Positions 1-13,400 of a stretch of DNA of 64,000 nt are shown here, piece after piece. The stretch is taken from positions 75,950,001 through 76,014,000 of the forward strand of contig NC_042997.1 of assembly GCF_006345805.1 (NCBI RefSeq), in the 5' to 3' direction. Source of the stretch: Octopus sinensis. Its lineage: Eukaryota. The notes beneath the pieces were generated by a model. That model saw only the letters and a program-made list of their open reading frames with translations. It had not been told where the DNA came from and searched no databases. Position numbers and translations under genes: made by a program. The first letter of the stretch is position 1. Each line of letters starts with the position of its first letter.

Positions 1-38
1 AGAATGAGTTTTTTGCTAATATTCAATTTTAATACAGA

Positions 39-619
39 AGAATTTTGGGCAAGACACCCCCCAAAAAAACCACCCTAAAAAAAATTTTTTTTTTTTTGAC
101 ACAAAACCTTTTTTCGGCCATGGGGAATACAAATCTGCAATTGACATTTCTAAATTACACTGCCCCCTCCCTTCATTTTTAACTTTTTTCACAATTTTTT
201 TTTCAAAATATGCGGAAAAATATGGAGATTATGATTCTGAAAAAAATTTCCAAAAATCTTTGTAAAAATTTTTTTTAAGAATTTTTTTTTTTTTTTAAAT
301 GTGTGGGAAAATACGGATATCATGATTCAAACAAAAATTTCAAAACATTTCTGTACTTATGGTTATGGTGTTAGGGTTTTAGGATTACAGTTAGGATGTT
401 AGGGTTAAGGGGTTAGGGTTTTAGGATTAGTGTTGGATAAAAAGTCAAAATTGAAGAAGCTGGGGGGAAAGGGGGTGGTGGAAATTTCATAATGCCGATT
501 TTTGTCAATTTTCCGGAACCTCCGTATCCGAAAATGGGGATTTTTGGCAAAAAATTACGAAAATAAACAAATTTGGGAGAAAATGGGAAATGGGGGGGGG
601 GGGTTGCGCAAGACATTCT
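39..619. mobile_element. Unclassified MITE-like element with degenerate TTAGGG-like interior
   Basis: The right end TTGCGCAAGACATTCT (604-619) is an imperfect reverse complement of the left end AGAATTTTGGGCAA (39-52), with adjacent C and G runs. Degenerate ttaggg/ttagga repeats lie at ~365-435. No clear TSD. Confidence 0.35.
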
Positions 620-1445
620 AAATTTTGTAATTATTGGATTATCTATCAGTTGAAATTAGGAAATTAAATACACACCATCAACTAAATGAATTAAACTCAT
701 ACACATACATAAATACACAGAAACACATAACACTGATTCACAATACAAATTAATCAAAATTTGTCACACATCTTACAGGCAAATTAAAATATACAGGTAA
801 ATAAAAAGAAGGTAAATTTTAAATAAATTATAAATCAAATTTGTGTGTGTGTGCACAAAAACACAACATTCCTAAAAATGCTCAGATTTCTAACTTTCTT
901 CCAAACATGTGGGAAACCTTAAACAATTTCTTTTCCTCTTTGTTTATGCTCTGGATAATGATTCATTTCTGCAGTAATTGCTTCAAAGGATAAAAAAAAA
1001 AAAAATCTAATGGTTTTTTTTTGCTTAGAAAGACTGTGACAAGGGCTAATATCTTCTAAAAAAATAACTAAGAGAAATAGTTTTAAATTCTTACTATAGT
1101 CAGGTACAAATTCATATCTTTTTTTAGTGGTATTAGAACTGTTGTCAGAATTGTTTCACTTTTGGAAAAAGAAATATTTGATTCATAGTCACACGTATGG
1201 TTTTTGTTAGTTGTATATCTTTTTAAAGTTTTCTTTCTAAAATACTTTCAATTCAAACTCACTGCTCGACAACATAAAACTGGTATCCAGTTTTTGTCCA
1301 ATGAAATCACATGTTTTCATGAATATGCTAATGAGATTTGTATTAAAATATGAATAGGTCATTTTGAGTGTCCTTGGCATTTTGGTAACATTAACCAAAA
1401 TATTTTCCAGATATCTGAGTGGGTTGGTAATCAAAGAGCGAAGCT
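620..1445 (-). mobile_element. Old internally deleted piggyBac derivative
   Basis: The minus-strand ORF at 1237-1434 contains LDTSFMLSSSEFE, similar to the N-terminus MESSFMLSSSDSEFE of the transposase at 16407. 690-830 resembles 14570-14700, and 1360-1440 resembles the piggyBac end at 17740-17813. Confidence 0.55.
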
Positions 1446-1692
1446 AATCGGATTCTGCAATAAAATTTATAGCCACAATACAATATGGTGGTTATAACAG
1501 ATTTAGATTATGCAATGGTGGTAGAAAAGGTAATGCAATGATTGTGGACAAAAAAAATGTCATAGAGGTAGCATTAGATAATATAACATAAGAGCTAAAA
1601 ATAATTTCCTAAGATAACTGGCTGCAGGACAGCAAATGATATGAAACTTACAGAAAGTGAAATTTCAGGAAAATGTAAATTTTGAAAGACTG

Positions 1693-2882
1693 TGTAGCAA
1701 TATCGCTTCTACATTGCTATCTTCACTGTTGGAGGAAAGCAAAAAGAATGATCTCGTTTGAGATAACAAACATCTTTGGCTGGTTTAACGCTGTTGTAAA
1801 CACTAAGCTGATTGGTTGGCAGTTGACACGTGGTCTCTACATAGTCCGTGCCACGTGACACAAATTGTCTCAACTTATTTTCGCGCCACTGTCGCTAAAC
1901 AGCCAATCACAGCCTTGGATTAAGATCCCATTTCTGAGGTTCGTTTGAGCCAGCCAAACAATATAAAAAGGAGAGCTTTCAGACAAATATTCATCTTAGG
2001 CTTTTAGTTCTTTTCAGAGCTAAATCTCTGACCACAGAGCTCGTCTGTCAGCTTAAGACCTTCTAAGGTCTTGGTCGGAGACCATATAACCAGACATAAC
2101 GGCATCACCAACTCCGTCGCTACCTACGAAGATTTAGCTCGTACATAAGATGGCTACAAACCCAACTCATACTGTTTGTGTGAAAACCACACTACGGAAA
2201 ACAGTTGCAGGAATCTACATCAAGAGGAACAAAAACCAAGCAAACATCGTCCCTAGCTACGAAGTTTTAAATAGTACACAAGACTATCACAGATTCAACT
2301 ATAGCGGTTAGGTGAAATCTCACCACGGAAAAAACGGCTACAGTTACCATATCTGGAGTATATTCATATCAAGAGAAAGATAAACGCAACAAGCGATTCA
2401 ACAGATGTCAGCTCCGAGACACAACATCTTGATATTGAACTATTACACCTCGTGTACCTCATAAACAGAAAATCAATTACCTGTCTTTAGTTCTTGTAAG
2501 AACTAGCTTCAGAGACAGCGCTAAACAACAAAATGATACAATGGTTCCTTAACCACTATGCCAATGTACGCTCAACAACCAAAGACTGCTATCTTCCACC
2601 ATCAGGTACTTTTCTATGTCAACCACATTCATTGTTCTGTCACACACTAACACACAGACACAAACACGTGTTGCATGCTCCCATACACTTCCAACCTTAA
2701 CTTCATTGTAAATAAAATCTTATCTTGCCTCTCAAACAGTGACTTGTTGTCAATCCCTTATGTTCTATTGTGCTGCATGTATAAATGGTTTGTCTAACTC
2801 AACAAGAATGGGATCGCGTGCGATCGTATTATCTATATGATACGACCACCTGCGCTCTCGTTTTAACTGAATGATAGCTACA
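1693..2882 (+). mobile_element. Solo LTR (1190 bp)
   Basis: Starts TGTAGC and ends GCTACA (TG...CA, 6-bp inverted repeat). 5-bp flanks are GACTG / AACTG (4 of 5 match). CCAAT-like boxes at ~1807-1815 and ~1901-1909, TATAAAA at 1962 and AATAAA at 2711. No gag/pol nearby. Confidence 0.7.
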
Positions 2883-2989
2883 AACTGTAAGCTATTAAAA
2901 ATGTAAGCACTTACAAAAATACTAAAGTAGTTAAATAAATTAAGATAATAATAAAAAATAATATGGAAATGTATGAAGTAGAAGTAAAC

Positions 2990-4130
2990 ATGAAAACAGT
3001 GTGAAATGTTGGAGAACTGAATTGAAATCAGGGAATCAGGTATTAGAAGTGAAAATTAGGAGAGGAATATTCTAGAGACAGTGTATCCCCATTTATCTTT
3101 GTGCTGGGAATGGTTCCCTTAAGTGAAATATGGTGGAAGACAAAGTTGGGGTATAATCTGGGAAGTAGTAAAGGAAAGCTTAATAACCTGCTATTAATGG
3201 GTGATTTGAAGTTGTTTACAATAAGTTAGGCAGAATTGGAGAGTTTAGTCCATTCTGTGTGGATTTTCTCAAATGATATCAAGATGGAGTTTGAACTTTC
3301 AAGGTGTGATATGATAGTGATGAGATAAGGAAAGTTTGTCAGAACTGAAGGTATACATATGCCAAGGGGTGAAATGATGAAAGCAGACGAACCTAAATTT
3401 GGATATAAATACTTGAAGCAGATGTAACTAAGCACGCTGATATGAAAGAAAAGACAAAGAAAGAGTATCTGTGGTAACTGAGTAAGATATTGGTTTCAAT
3501 GTTGAATGCCAGAAACACAATTTTGGTTATAAACTTGTGTGCAGTTGCAGTGATTTGGTATGGAGCTGGAATTCTGAAGAGAACAGAAGATGAGCTAAAG
3601 GAGTTAAACAGGAAGACAAGAAAGCTCCAAACTATACCCATCATCCACATGCAGACATTGATTATCTATACATGAAGAGAGCAAATGGAGGAAGGGGACT
3701 GACAGGGGTGTAAGACTGCATGCATATTGAACATGGGAACTAGCTGAGATATCCAACCCAAACTGAGGAAACCTTGCTAGTGGCAGTTAGAGATGTATAC
3801 TCCTGTCTCAGTCCAAATGCGCTAGGTGGACCTAATGATGATGGAAAAGATAATCCACATATGCTTTGTAATTGACGTTGTATGCCCATGAATAGTTAAG
3901 AAGGCAGGCAAAAAAGAATACAATCCTCTTAAATATTAGATAGTCTGATTGTGGGAAATGAAAAAGGGAAGTATCAACACATATTGAGAGGAATATAAAG
4001 GAAATGGGAACAGAGTGCCCAGTAGAGCAGTTACAGTAAGTTTGCTTCTAAGTCAGAAACACTAGGAAAGTATTAGTTGAAGAGAACCATAGCTAGTAGC
4101 AAGTCCACTACTTATGCAAGACTCCAGAAG
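2990..4130 (+). pseudogene. Degenerate R4/Dong-like non-LTR retrotransposon RT/C-terminal fragment
   Basis: Broken translations give KIRRGIF*RxSxSPFIFVL, LLMGDLKLF, LNARNTILVINLCAVAVIWYGAGILKRTEDELKELNRKTRKL and KRANGGRGL. These match motifs recalled for R4-clade RTs. Confidence 0.6.
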
Positions 4131-6150
4131 TTCCATCAAAACCTGACTTGTTAGAGGAAGAAAGAGGATGGTGATGATGATGGAAATAACTAACACTACA
4201 AAAGCAAGAAATAAGATATTTGCTCAAAATGAAATTAGTTTGTATCACAAATGTTACCGCTAAGTAGTTTGAAACCAAACACAAAAGTTAGTGGAATTCT
4301 GGGTTAGCACATGGAAGGAGAAACTATAACCCTGAAATTTCCATAGATGGATAGAGTAACAAAGATGTTACAATACATATCAAAAGAAACTAAAATACAA
4401 AAAGTAAAAAATAAGGTGAAGAAATTGCTCAGATTCATGTCAAATTTTGATAGTATTTAAATTCTGTGAAGAATTTAAATCTCACATTTAAAAAATGTAT
4501 CCTTACCTAACTGCCATGCTGAATTAGATAACAACAGATTGAATTATCCTGCTAAAATTTGAGAGGGGAAAACCAATCCTGATTATATCCACAAAGAACT
4601 AAGTTGATCAAATCCAAACAGGAACACAGTGGCAGTATTTGGAATAGTGGTAAACTACTTTCTGTATCTACTAAAAAAAAATTTAATATAATGCATCACT
4701 ATTGACTCATACACTCTTCATACGCATAGAAAAGTGCTTTGAGATGGATGTGATGGGAAGAGTTTGATAAGATTGAGAGAATAATTTTCATTAGAGAGAA
4801 ATTTCTAGAAGATAGCAAGTATTCCTTGTTTCAATCAGGTACTAAATGCGAAGATTCTTGAATAAACAAGAAAAAAATAACAAGTATCTAAGTGTCAAAA
4901 GAACCTTGATTAATAATATTTTCAAAAAGCAACTGAAAATGACCTGTACTTGGAAGAAACAATAATATAATGCCAGCTAGCCATGATGAGTGCATGCAAA
5001 AAGCATTCCAGTTGTGACCATCCTGTCATTTCAGGATTATCCAAAATCTAACATTTTCAAGAGGGTAAGGTTTGATTTGAGGAAGATTCTGCTGCTGGTC
5101 AAGCATTCATGTAAAAGCTACCTTGTTTAAAGATGTTTTTCAGAGTATGCAGTTTTTATATTTACTACTTTCAATGTAGTAAATATAATCTAATAACATG
5201 TTTAAATGCTTATCAAGTCCTGTATTTCATGGATAACTGATATCACAGTTGTTTGCTGTTTCCACATATTTTAGATTTTCAATTTGTATACTTTAAAATT
5301 TCAGTCTTGTTTCTGTCAACTTGTTTATCACAAAAATTAACAAAATATTGATCAATGTACATATATAATCAACAAACCAGAATATGAACAAATATTTGAC
5401 CAAATTTAAGTATATTACTGCTACTTACATATGAATAAAATGAAAAAATAATCCACCTTGACAGTCTTTAAAAGCTCATCTTTAAGCAGCAGATTAAATG
5501 CTAATATTTATATTCTGTACTAAAATTCCAATGTAATTGATTATGTTTCATGTCAATAGTCAACATGGCACTTCATAAGGGTGATTAACCCTTTCGTTAC
5601 TATATTTCTGACCAAAATACACCCCTCATGAGTTTCAATTAAATTCTAAAATAATCATGAATCTAGGCTTGTTTCATTAAATAACTGTAACTTTTTTACT
5701 TATCAACATATTAATGTGATATTTGGAACATAATTAAAGAAAGGGTTCTTAATCAATTCTATTGCATAACTTTTGTCTCAAAGTGACTTTAATTACAGGT
5801 AAATCCAGGTAAATTGAGCAAAAGGTAAAAATATTAAAATTTTAAATTGAGCAAAAGGTAAAAATATCAATATCTTGTTTAACCCTTTCGTTACTATATT
5901 TCTGACCAAAAAACACCCCTCATGAGTTTCAATTAAATTCTAAAATAATCATGAATTTAGACTAGTTTCATTAAACAACTATAACTTTTTTAATTATCAA
6001 CATAATAATATGATATTTGGAACATAATTGAAGAAAGGGTTCTTAATCAATTCCATTGCATAATTGTTGTCTCAAAGTGACTCTAATGACAGGTAAATCC
6101 AGGTAAACTGACCAAAAGGTAAAAATATTAAAATTTTGTTTAAACATTAC

Positions 6151-9100
6151 AGGTCCTTATTATTTCATATAAGTTTTCCCCTCTTGGAAGAACGCTCATC
6201 TCGTTAAAAATGGAATACATATTTAAAATCTTACAGGCCCTTATTATTTCATATAAGTTTTCCCCTCTTGGAAGAATGCTCGCTCGCGTGCTGGATAAAA
6301 CTTTTCATGTATAATTCACTAGTTATTATTGTCTATCGATCAGCCCCTCATCTCGTTAAAAATGGAATACATCATCATCATCATCATTTAGCGTCCGATT
6401 TCCATGCTAGCATGGGTTGGACGGGTCAACTGGGGTCCGTGAAGCTAGAAGGCTTTGTCAGGCTTAGTCAGATCTGGCAGTGTTTCTACGGCTGGATGTC
6501 CTTCCTAACGCCAATCACTCTGCGAGTGTAGTGGGTGTTTTTTACGTGCCACCTGCACAGGTGCCAGACAGAGCTGGCAAATGGCCACGAACAGATGGTG
6601 CTTTTACGTGTCACCGGCACGGGGCCATGCGATGCTGGCAACGGACATGAACGGATGGTGCTTTTACGTGCCACCGACACGGGACCAGTCAGTGCTGGCA
6701 AACGGCCACGAACGGACGGTGCTTTTACGTGTCACCGGCATGGGGGCCAGCCGAGGCTGGCAACGAACACAAACGAATGGTGCTTTTACATGCCACCGAC
6801 ACGGGGCCAGACAGAGCTGGCTAACGGCCACGAACGAATCTTACAGGCCCTTATTATTTCATAAAGTCTTCCCCTCTAGGAAGAACGCTCGCGTGGATAG
6901 ATAAAACTTTTCGCGGGGAACTTCATACTTCTCTCTTTCTCCCTTCCTCCCTCCCTCTTTTACATTGTCTGTCTCCCTTCTCCTCTTCCTCCTCTACACT
7001 ATTTGTCTTACTATCTCCTGCCATCTTTAGGCCCTTAAAAGCTAGCCCCCCAAATATACGGTCTCATTCCTGATTTCGAATTTCTTCTGCCAGTTTCACT
7101 TCGAAAACGAAATGATTTCAAGATAAGAAACTTAACACATTTCAACCCGTATTCTTCTCACCATTCATATATTTCATTTGATGACCATAGTTGTGCTTTG
7201 TTTATTATTATTTTCAGCTTCGCCTCGCATTACATATCATGTATAATTCACTAGTTATTATTGTCTATCGATCAGCCGCTCATCTCGTTAAAAATGGAAT
7301 ACATATTTAAAATCTTACAGGCCCTTATTATTTCATATAAGTTTTCCCTCTAGGAAGAACGCTCGCTCGCGTGGCTGGATGTAACTTTCATGTATAATTC
7401 ACTAGTTATTATTGTCTATCGATCAGCCCCTCATCTCGTTAAAAATGGAATACATATTTAAAATCTTACAGGTCCTTATTATTTCATATAAGTTTTCCCC
7501 TCTTGGAAGAATGCTCGCTCGCGTGCTGGATAAAACTTTTCATGTATAATTCACTAGTTATTATTGTCTATCGATCAGCCCCTCATCTCGTTAAAAATGG
7601 AATACATATTTATTAATCTTACAGGCCCTTATTATTTCAGAAAGTTTTCCCCTCTAGGAAGAACGCTCGCGTGGATGGATAAAACTTATCGCGGGGAACT
7701 TCATACTTCTCTCTTTCTTTCTTCCTTTCTCCCTTCCTCCCCCCCCCTTTTACATTGTCTGTCTTCCTTCTGCTCTTCCTCCTCTACACTATTTGTCTTC
7801 CTATCTCCTGCCATCTTTAGGCCCTTAAAAGCTAGCCCCCCAAATATACGGTCTCATTCCTGATTTCGAATTTCTTCTGCCAGTTTCACTTCGAAAACGA
7901 AATGATTTCAAGATAAGAAACTTAACTCATTTCAACCCGTATTCTTCTCCCCATTCATATATTTCATTTGATGACCATAGTTGTGCTTTGTTTATTATTA
8001 TTTTCAGCTTCGCCTCGCATTACATATCATGTATAATTCACTAGTTATTATTGTCTATCGATCAGCCGCTCATCTCGTTAAAAATGGAATACATATTTAA
8101 AATCTTACCGGCCCTTATCATTTCATATAAGATTTCCCCTCTAGGAAGAACGCTCGCTCGCGTGGCTGGATGTAACTTTCATGTATAATTCACTAGTTAT
8201 TATTGTCTATCGATCAACCCCTCATCTCGTTAAAAATGGAATACATATTTAAAATCTTACAGGCCCTTATTATTTCATATAAGTTTTCCCCTCTAGGAAG
8301 AACGCTTGCTCGCGTGGCTGGATGTAACTTTCATGTATAATTCACTAGTTATTATTGTCTATCTATCAGCCCCTCATCTCGTTAAAAATGGAATACATAT
8401 TTAAAATCTTACAGGCCCTTATTATTTCATATAAGTTTTCCCCTCTTGGAAGAACGCTCGCTCGCGTGGCTGGATAAAACTTTTCATGTATAATTCACTA
8501 GTTATTATTGTCTATCGATCAGCCCCTCATCTCGTTAAAAATGGAATACATATTTATTAATCTTACAGGCCCTTATTATTTCATAAAGTTTTCCCCTCTA
8601 GGAAGAACGCTCGCGTGGATGGATAAAACTTATCGCGGGGAACTTCATACTTCTCTCTTTCTTTCTTCCTTTCTCCCTTCCTCCCCCCCTCTTTTACATT
8701 GTCTGTCTTCCTTCTGCTCTTCCTCCTCTACACTATTTGTCTTCCTATCTCCTGCCATCTTTAGGCCCTTAAAAGCTAGCCCCCCAAATATACGGTCTCA
8801 TTCCTGATTTCGAATTTCTTCTGCCAGTTTCACTTCGAAAACGAAATGATTTCAAGATAAGAAACTTAACTCATTTCAACCCGTATTCTTCTCCCCATTC
8901 ATATATTTCATTTGATGACCCTAGTTGTGCTTTGTTTATTATTATTTTCAGCTTCGCCTCGCATTACATATCATGTATAATTCACTAGTTATTATTGTCT
9001 ATCGATCAGCCCCTCATCTCGTTAAAAATGGAATACATATTTAAAATCTTACAGGCCCTTATTATTTCATATAAGTTTTCCCCTCTAGGAAGAACGCTCG

Positions 9101-10421
9101 CTCGCGTGGCTGGATGTAACTTTCATGTATAATTCACTAGTTATTATTGTCTATCGATCAGCCCCTCATCTCGTTAAAAATGGAATACATATTTAAAATC
9201 TTACAGGCCCTTATTATTTCATATAAGTTTTCCCCTCTAGGAAGAACGCTCGCTCGCGTGGCTGGATGTAACTTTCATGTATAATTCACTAGTTATTATT
9301 GTCTATCTATCAGCCCCTCATCTCTCGTTAAAAATGGAATACAATTTAAAAAATCTTACAGGCCCTTATTATTTCATATAAGTTTTCCCCTCTTGGAAGA
9401 ATGCTCGCTCGCGTGCTGGATAAAACTTTTCATGTATAATTCACTAGTTATTATTGTCTATCGATCAGCCCCTCATCTCGTTAAAAATGGAATACATATT
9501 TATTAATCTTACAGGCCCTTATTATTTCAGAAAGTTTTCCCCTCTAGGAAGAACGCTCGCTCGCGTGGCTGGATAAAACTTTTCATGTATAATTCACTAG
9601 TTATTATTGTCTATCGATCAGCCCCTCATCTCGTTAAAAATGGAATACATATTTATTAATCTTACAGGCCCTTATTATTTCATAAAGTTTTCCCCTCTAG
9701 GAAGAACGCTCACGTGGATGGATAAAACTTATCGCGGGGAACTTCATACTTCTTCTCTTTCTTTCTTCCTTCTCCCTTCCTCCCCCCCTCCCTCTTTTAC
9801 ATTGTCTGTCTTCCTTCTGCTCTTCCTCCTCTACACTATTTGTCTTCCTATCTCCTGCCATCTTTAGGCCTTTAAAAGCTAGCCCCCCAAATATACGGTC
9901 TCATTCCTGATTTCGAATTTCTTCTGCCAGTTTCACTTCGAAAACGAAATGATTTCAAGATAAGAAACTTAACTCAATTCAACCCGTATTCTTCTCACCA
10001 TTCATATATTTAATTTGATGACCATAGTTGTGCTTTGTTTATTATTATTTTCAGTTTCGCCTCGCATTACATATCATGTATAGTTTATTAGTTATTATTG
10101 TCTATCGATCAGCCCTTCATCTCGTTAAATATGGAATACATATTTATTAATCTTACAGGACCTTATTATTTCATATAAGTTTTCTCCTCTAGGAGGAGCG
10201 CTCGCATAGCTGGATAAAACTTTTCGCGGGTCTATCGAAAAGTTTTATCCAGCTATGCGAGCGTTCCTCCTGGAAGAGAGGACTTATATGAAATGATAGG
10301 GTCCTGTAAGATTAATAAATATGGAATACATATTTATTAATCTTACAGGACCTTATTGTTTCATATAAGTTTACTCCTCTAGGAGGAACGCTCGCATAGC
10401 TGGATAAAACTTTTCGCGGGT
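6151..10421. repeat. Higher-order tandem array of ~153-bp monomers (A) and 474-491-bp long monomers (B)
   Basis: Unit starts (cttacagg) at about 6230, 6840(B), 7314, 7465, 7618(B), 8104, 8256, 8408, 8562(B), 9048, 9200, 9355, 9508, 9661(B), 10152 and 10342. B is A plus a ~335-bp pyrimidine-rich insert. Confidence 0.95.
6371..6836 (-). mobile_element. 5'-truncated RTE 3' end inserted in the array
   Basis: Reverse complement of the RTE 3'UTR with the (GAT)n tail and ~62-bp repeats, as at 13750-14361. It replaces about 6 bp of a monomer and has no TSD. Confidence 0.85.
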
Positions 10422-13400
10422 CGCCCTTCTTCCCACCCCCTCCACCGATACAGGAAGGCTTGAAAAATTTCTCATCCTTGTTCTCCTGCATGTACACTTC
10501 GCATCCCTGTTGTCTCCTATGCCCATCTGTTCCTCTTTCCATAAAGGTAGTGGTCATTCATTGCAAGATATGCTTGGTGTAACGTACGCGGTTTGAACTT
10601 GAGTTTTATTGTTTGTCTATGAATACTGCCAAACGTGAGTTTTCTTTTCAGGTTCATGATGCTACTAGGTCCATTGCCTCCCACTTCCTCAGGGTTGGCA
10701 CCCTCAACGTTGGCACACTGAAAGGCAGATCTGGTGAGATCGTCGAATTGCTTGAACGGAGGTGTGTAGATATATGCTGTATTCAAGAGGTGAGGTGGAG
10801 AGGAGGTTCTGCTAGGTTCCTCACGGGTAAAGGACAGAGGTATAAAATTTTCTGGGCCGGGAATACTGAAGGAGTCGGGGGAGTGGGTATGCTTATTGCC
10901 AAAAATGGGTAGATAAGGTTATCGAGGTAGTCAGAGTATGTGACAGAATATTGAAGATTAGATTAGTGCTCCATCATAGTTTAGCAACTATTATATCGGC
11001 CTATGCCCCTCAGCCAGGGTTACCCGATGGACAGAAAGACCGTTTCTATGACACCCTACTGCAGACCACCACATTGACGAACAACAGGGACCTTCTCTTT
11101 GTGGCTGGTGACTTCAATGGGCATGTTGGACGATATGCTGAGGGCTTCTATGGCGTTCATGGAGGCTATGGTTATGGTTCTCGCAATGAGGAGGGAACCA
11201 GGCTGCTGGAGTTCTGTGATGCGAATAGTCTTATGGTTTGCAACACTAACTTCAGGAAACCAACAAGCCACTTGGTCACCTACCGTTCGGGCCAGCATAC
11301 TAGCCAAATTGACTACATCCTTGCCAGAAAAAGGGAAAGACGGCTGCTTATAAATGCCAAAACCTTCCCAGGCGAAGAATGTACCCCACAACATAGAATG
11401 ATAGTCAGTGACTTTAGGATCAGGACTAAGAGGACGACTAGAAGACGACCAACATGGAGAAGAAGGGTCTGGAAGCTTAAAGACCCTGCAAATGGACAGA
11501 GATTTAGAGACATGTTACTTGAAGCCTTCGACGAAATAGAAGGGGGTATAGCTACACATGGGGTAGAAGATAACTGGGCGCTTCTGAGGGACAACCTGCT
11601 GAAAGCCACTGACCAGATCTGTGGCTGGTGCAAAGTCCCCACAAGACCCAAAATAACGTGGTGGTGGAACAATACTGTTGACAGGGCTATTAGACAAAAG
11701 AAACAGGCTTGGAAGGACTGGAAGAACGGTGGTAGCAGGGAAGTGTATCAGACTGCAAAAAGGGAAGCTAGGAGGCAGGTTTATTTAGCCAGAGGGGAAG
11801 CAGATAGGAAAAAATTTGCCAATGTCCTGCGCCGTGAGGATGAAAGACTTGAGGTATTTCATATAGCAAGACAGTGTGTGAGAGAGAATCGTGACGTGGT
11901 AGGAGAAAGATGTGTTCGCACGGATGACGGCTCACTTGCGCTAAATGAGGATGCAAAGAGAGAGGTTTGGAGAAGCCACTATGAAAGGTTGCTGAATGAG
12001 GAAAATGAATGGGATAAAGAGAGTCTGCCGAATGTTGACCCAACAGAGGGACCAGCAATCCGAGTTGACAGTTCCTTAGTAGTTAAAGCAATTAAAAGCA
12101 TGAAACAGGGAAAGCCCCAGGCCCATCAGGAATTACTGCAGAGATGCTCAAAAAATCTGGTAGTGTCAGCTATAGCCTAGTCACCCGTATAGTTAACAAG
12201 GTGATACACGAAGGAGTCATTCCCAATGACTGGTGTAGCAGCATAATAGTCAGCTGCTACAGAGGTAAAGGTGACGCCCTAGATACAAATAACTACAGAG
12301 GTATCAAGCTGCTGGATCAGGTAATGAAGGTTACGGAGAGAGTTATAGCCCAACTAATTAGAGAGAGAGTTAGCCTAGATCAGATGCAGTTTGGGTTCGT
12401 GCCAGGGAAAAGTACTACTGATGCTATTTTCATGGTAAGACAGCTGCAGGAGAAATACCTAGCCAAAGACAAGCCCCTATACCAGGCTTTTGTTGATATG
12501 GAGAAAGCCTTCGACAGGGTCCCCTGATCCCTCATCTGGTGGTCAATGAGGAAACTAGGGATAGATGAATGGTTAGTGAAAGCTGTACAAGCCATGTACA
12601 GAGACGCTGCTAGTAAGGTGAGGGTTGGCATCGAGTACAGTGAAGAATTCAGGGTAGAGGTTGGGGTCCACCAAGGTTCAGTCCTCAGTCCCCTCCTATT
12701 TATCATAGTCCTCCAGGCAATAACGGAGGAATTCCAGATAGGATGCCTCTGGGAGCTCCTCTATGCTGATGACCTTGCTCTAATTGCTGAGTCTCTATCA
12801 GAACTAGAGGAGAAGTTTCAGGTATGGAAGCAAGGTTTAGAATCGAAGGGCCTTAGAATCAACCTAGCCAAAACCAAAGTCCTAATAAGTAGGAAGGTAG
12901 ACCAATCACAAACGCCTTCAGGTAGATGGCCCTGCTCGATCTGTAGAAAAGGTGTAGGTAGAAACTCTATAAGATGCACCAAGTGTAAGCTATGGACACA
13001 TAAGAGGTGCAGCAATGTCAAAGGAAGGCTAACTAGGAAGATGGTTTTTGTATGTGGCAGATGCTCAGGAACAATAAACACTGAAAATGCTCTGAGACCA
13101 ACTTCCGTCACTTTCCAGGGAGAAAAACTAGAAGTAGTTGATAGCTTCCGTTACCTTGGTGACCAAGTCAGTAGCGGGGGCGGGTGTGCTGAAAGTATAA
13201 GTGCTAGAGTAAGAATAGCCTGGGCAAAATTTAGAGAGCTCTTACCCCTGCTGGTGACAAAAGGCCTCTCGCTCAAAGTAAAAGGCAGACTGTATGATGC
13301 ATGTGTACGTACAGCCATGCAACATGGTAGTGAAACTTGGGCTGTGACTGCTGAGGATTTGCGTAAGCTCGCAAGAAATGAAGCTAGTATGCTCCGTTGG

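Noticed and set aside
361-436. True telomere or chromosome-fusion scar
   Set aside because: The tract is short, highly degenerate and lies inside a MITE-like element.
4505-4672. Exon-like segment on the minus strand (AG ... GTAAGG)
   Set aside because: Stops occur in the frames checked, and there is no similarity to the expected EDEM3 continuation.
7564-9867. Three near-identical 86-99 aa ORFs as a gene family
   Set aside because: They are translations of the B repeat unit with low-complexity Ser/Leu/Phe content and no recognisable domain.
6151-10421. CRISPR array
   Set aside because: The units are 150-490-bp near-identical monomers with no unique spacers, there are no cas genes, and the context is eukaryotic.
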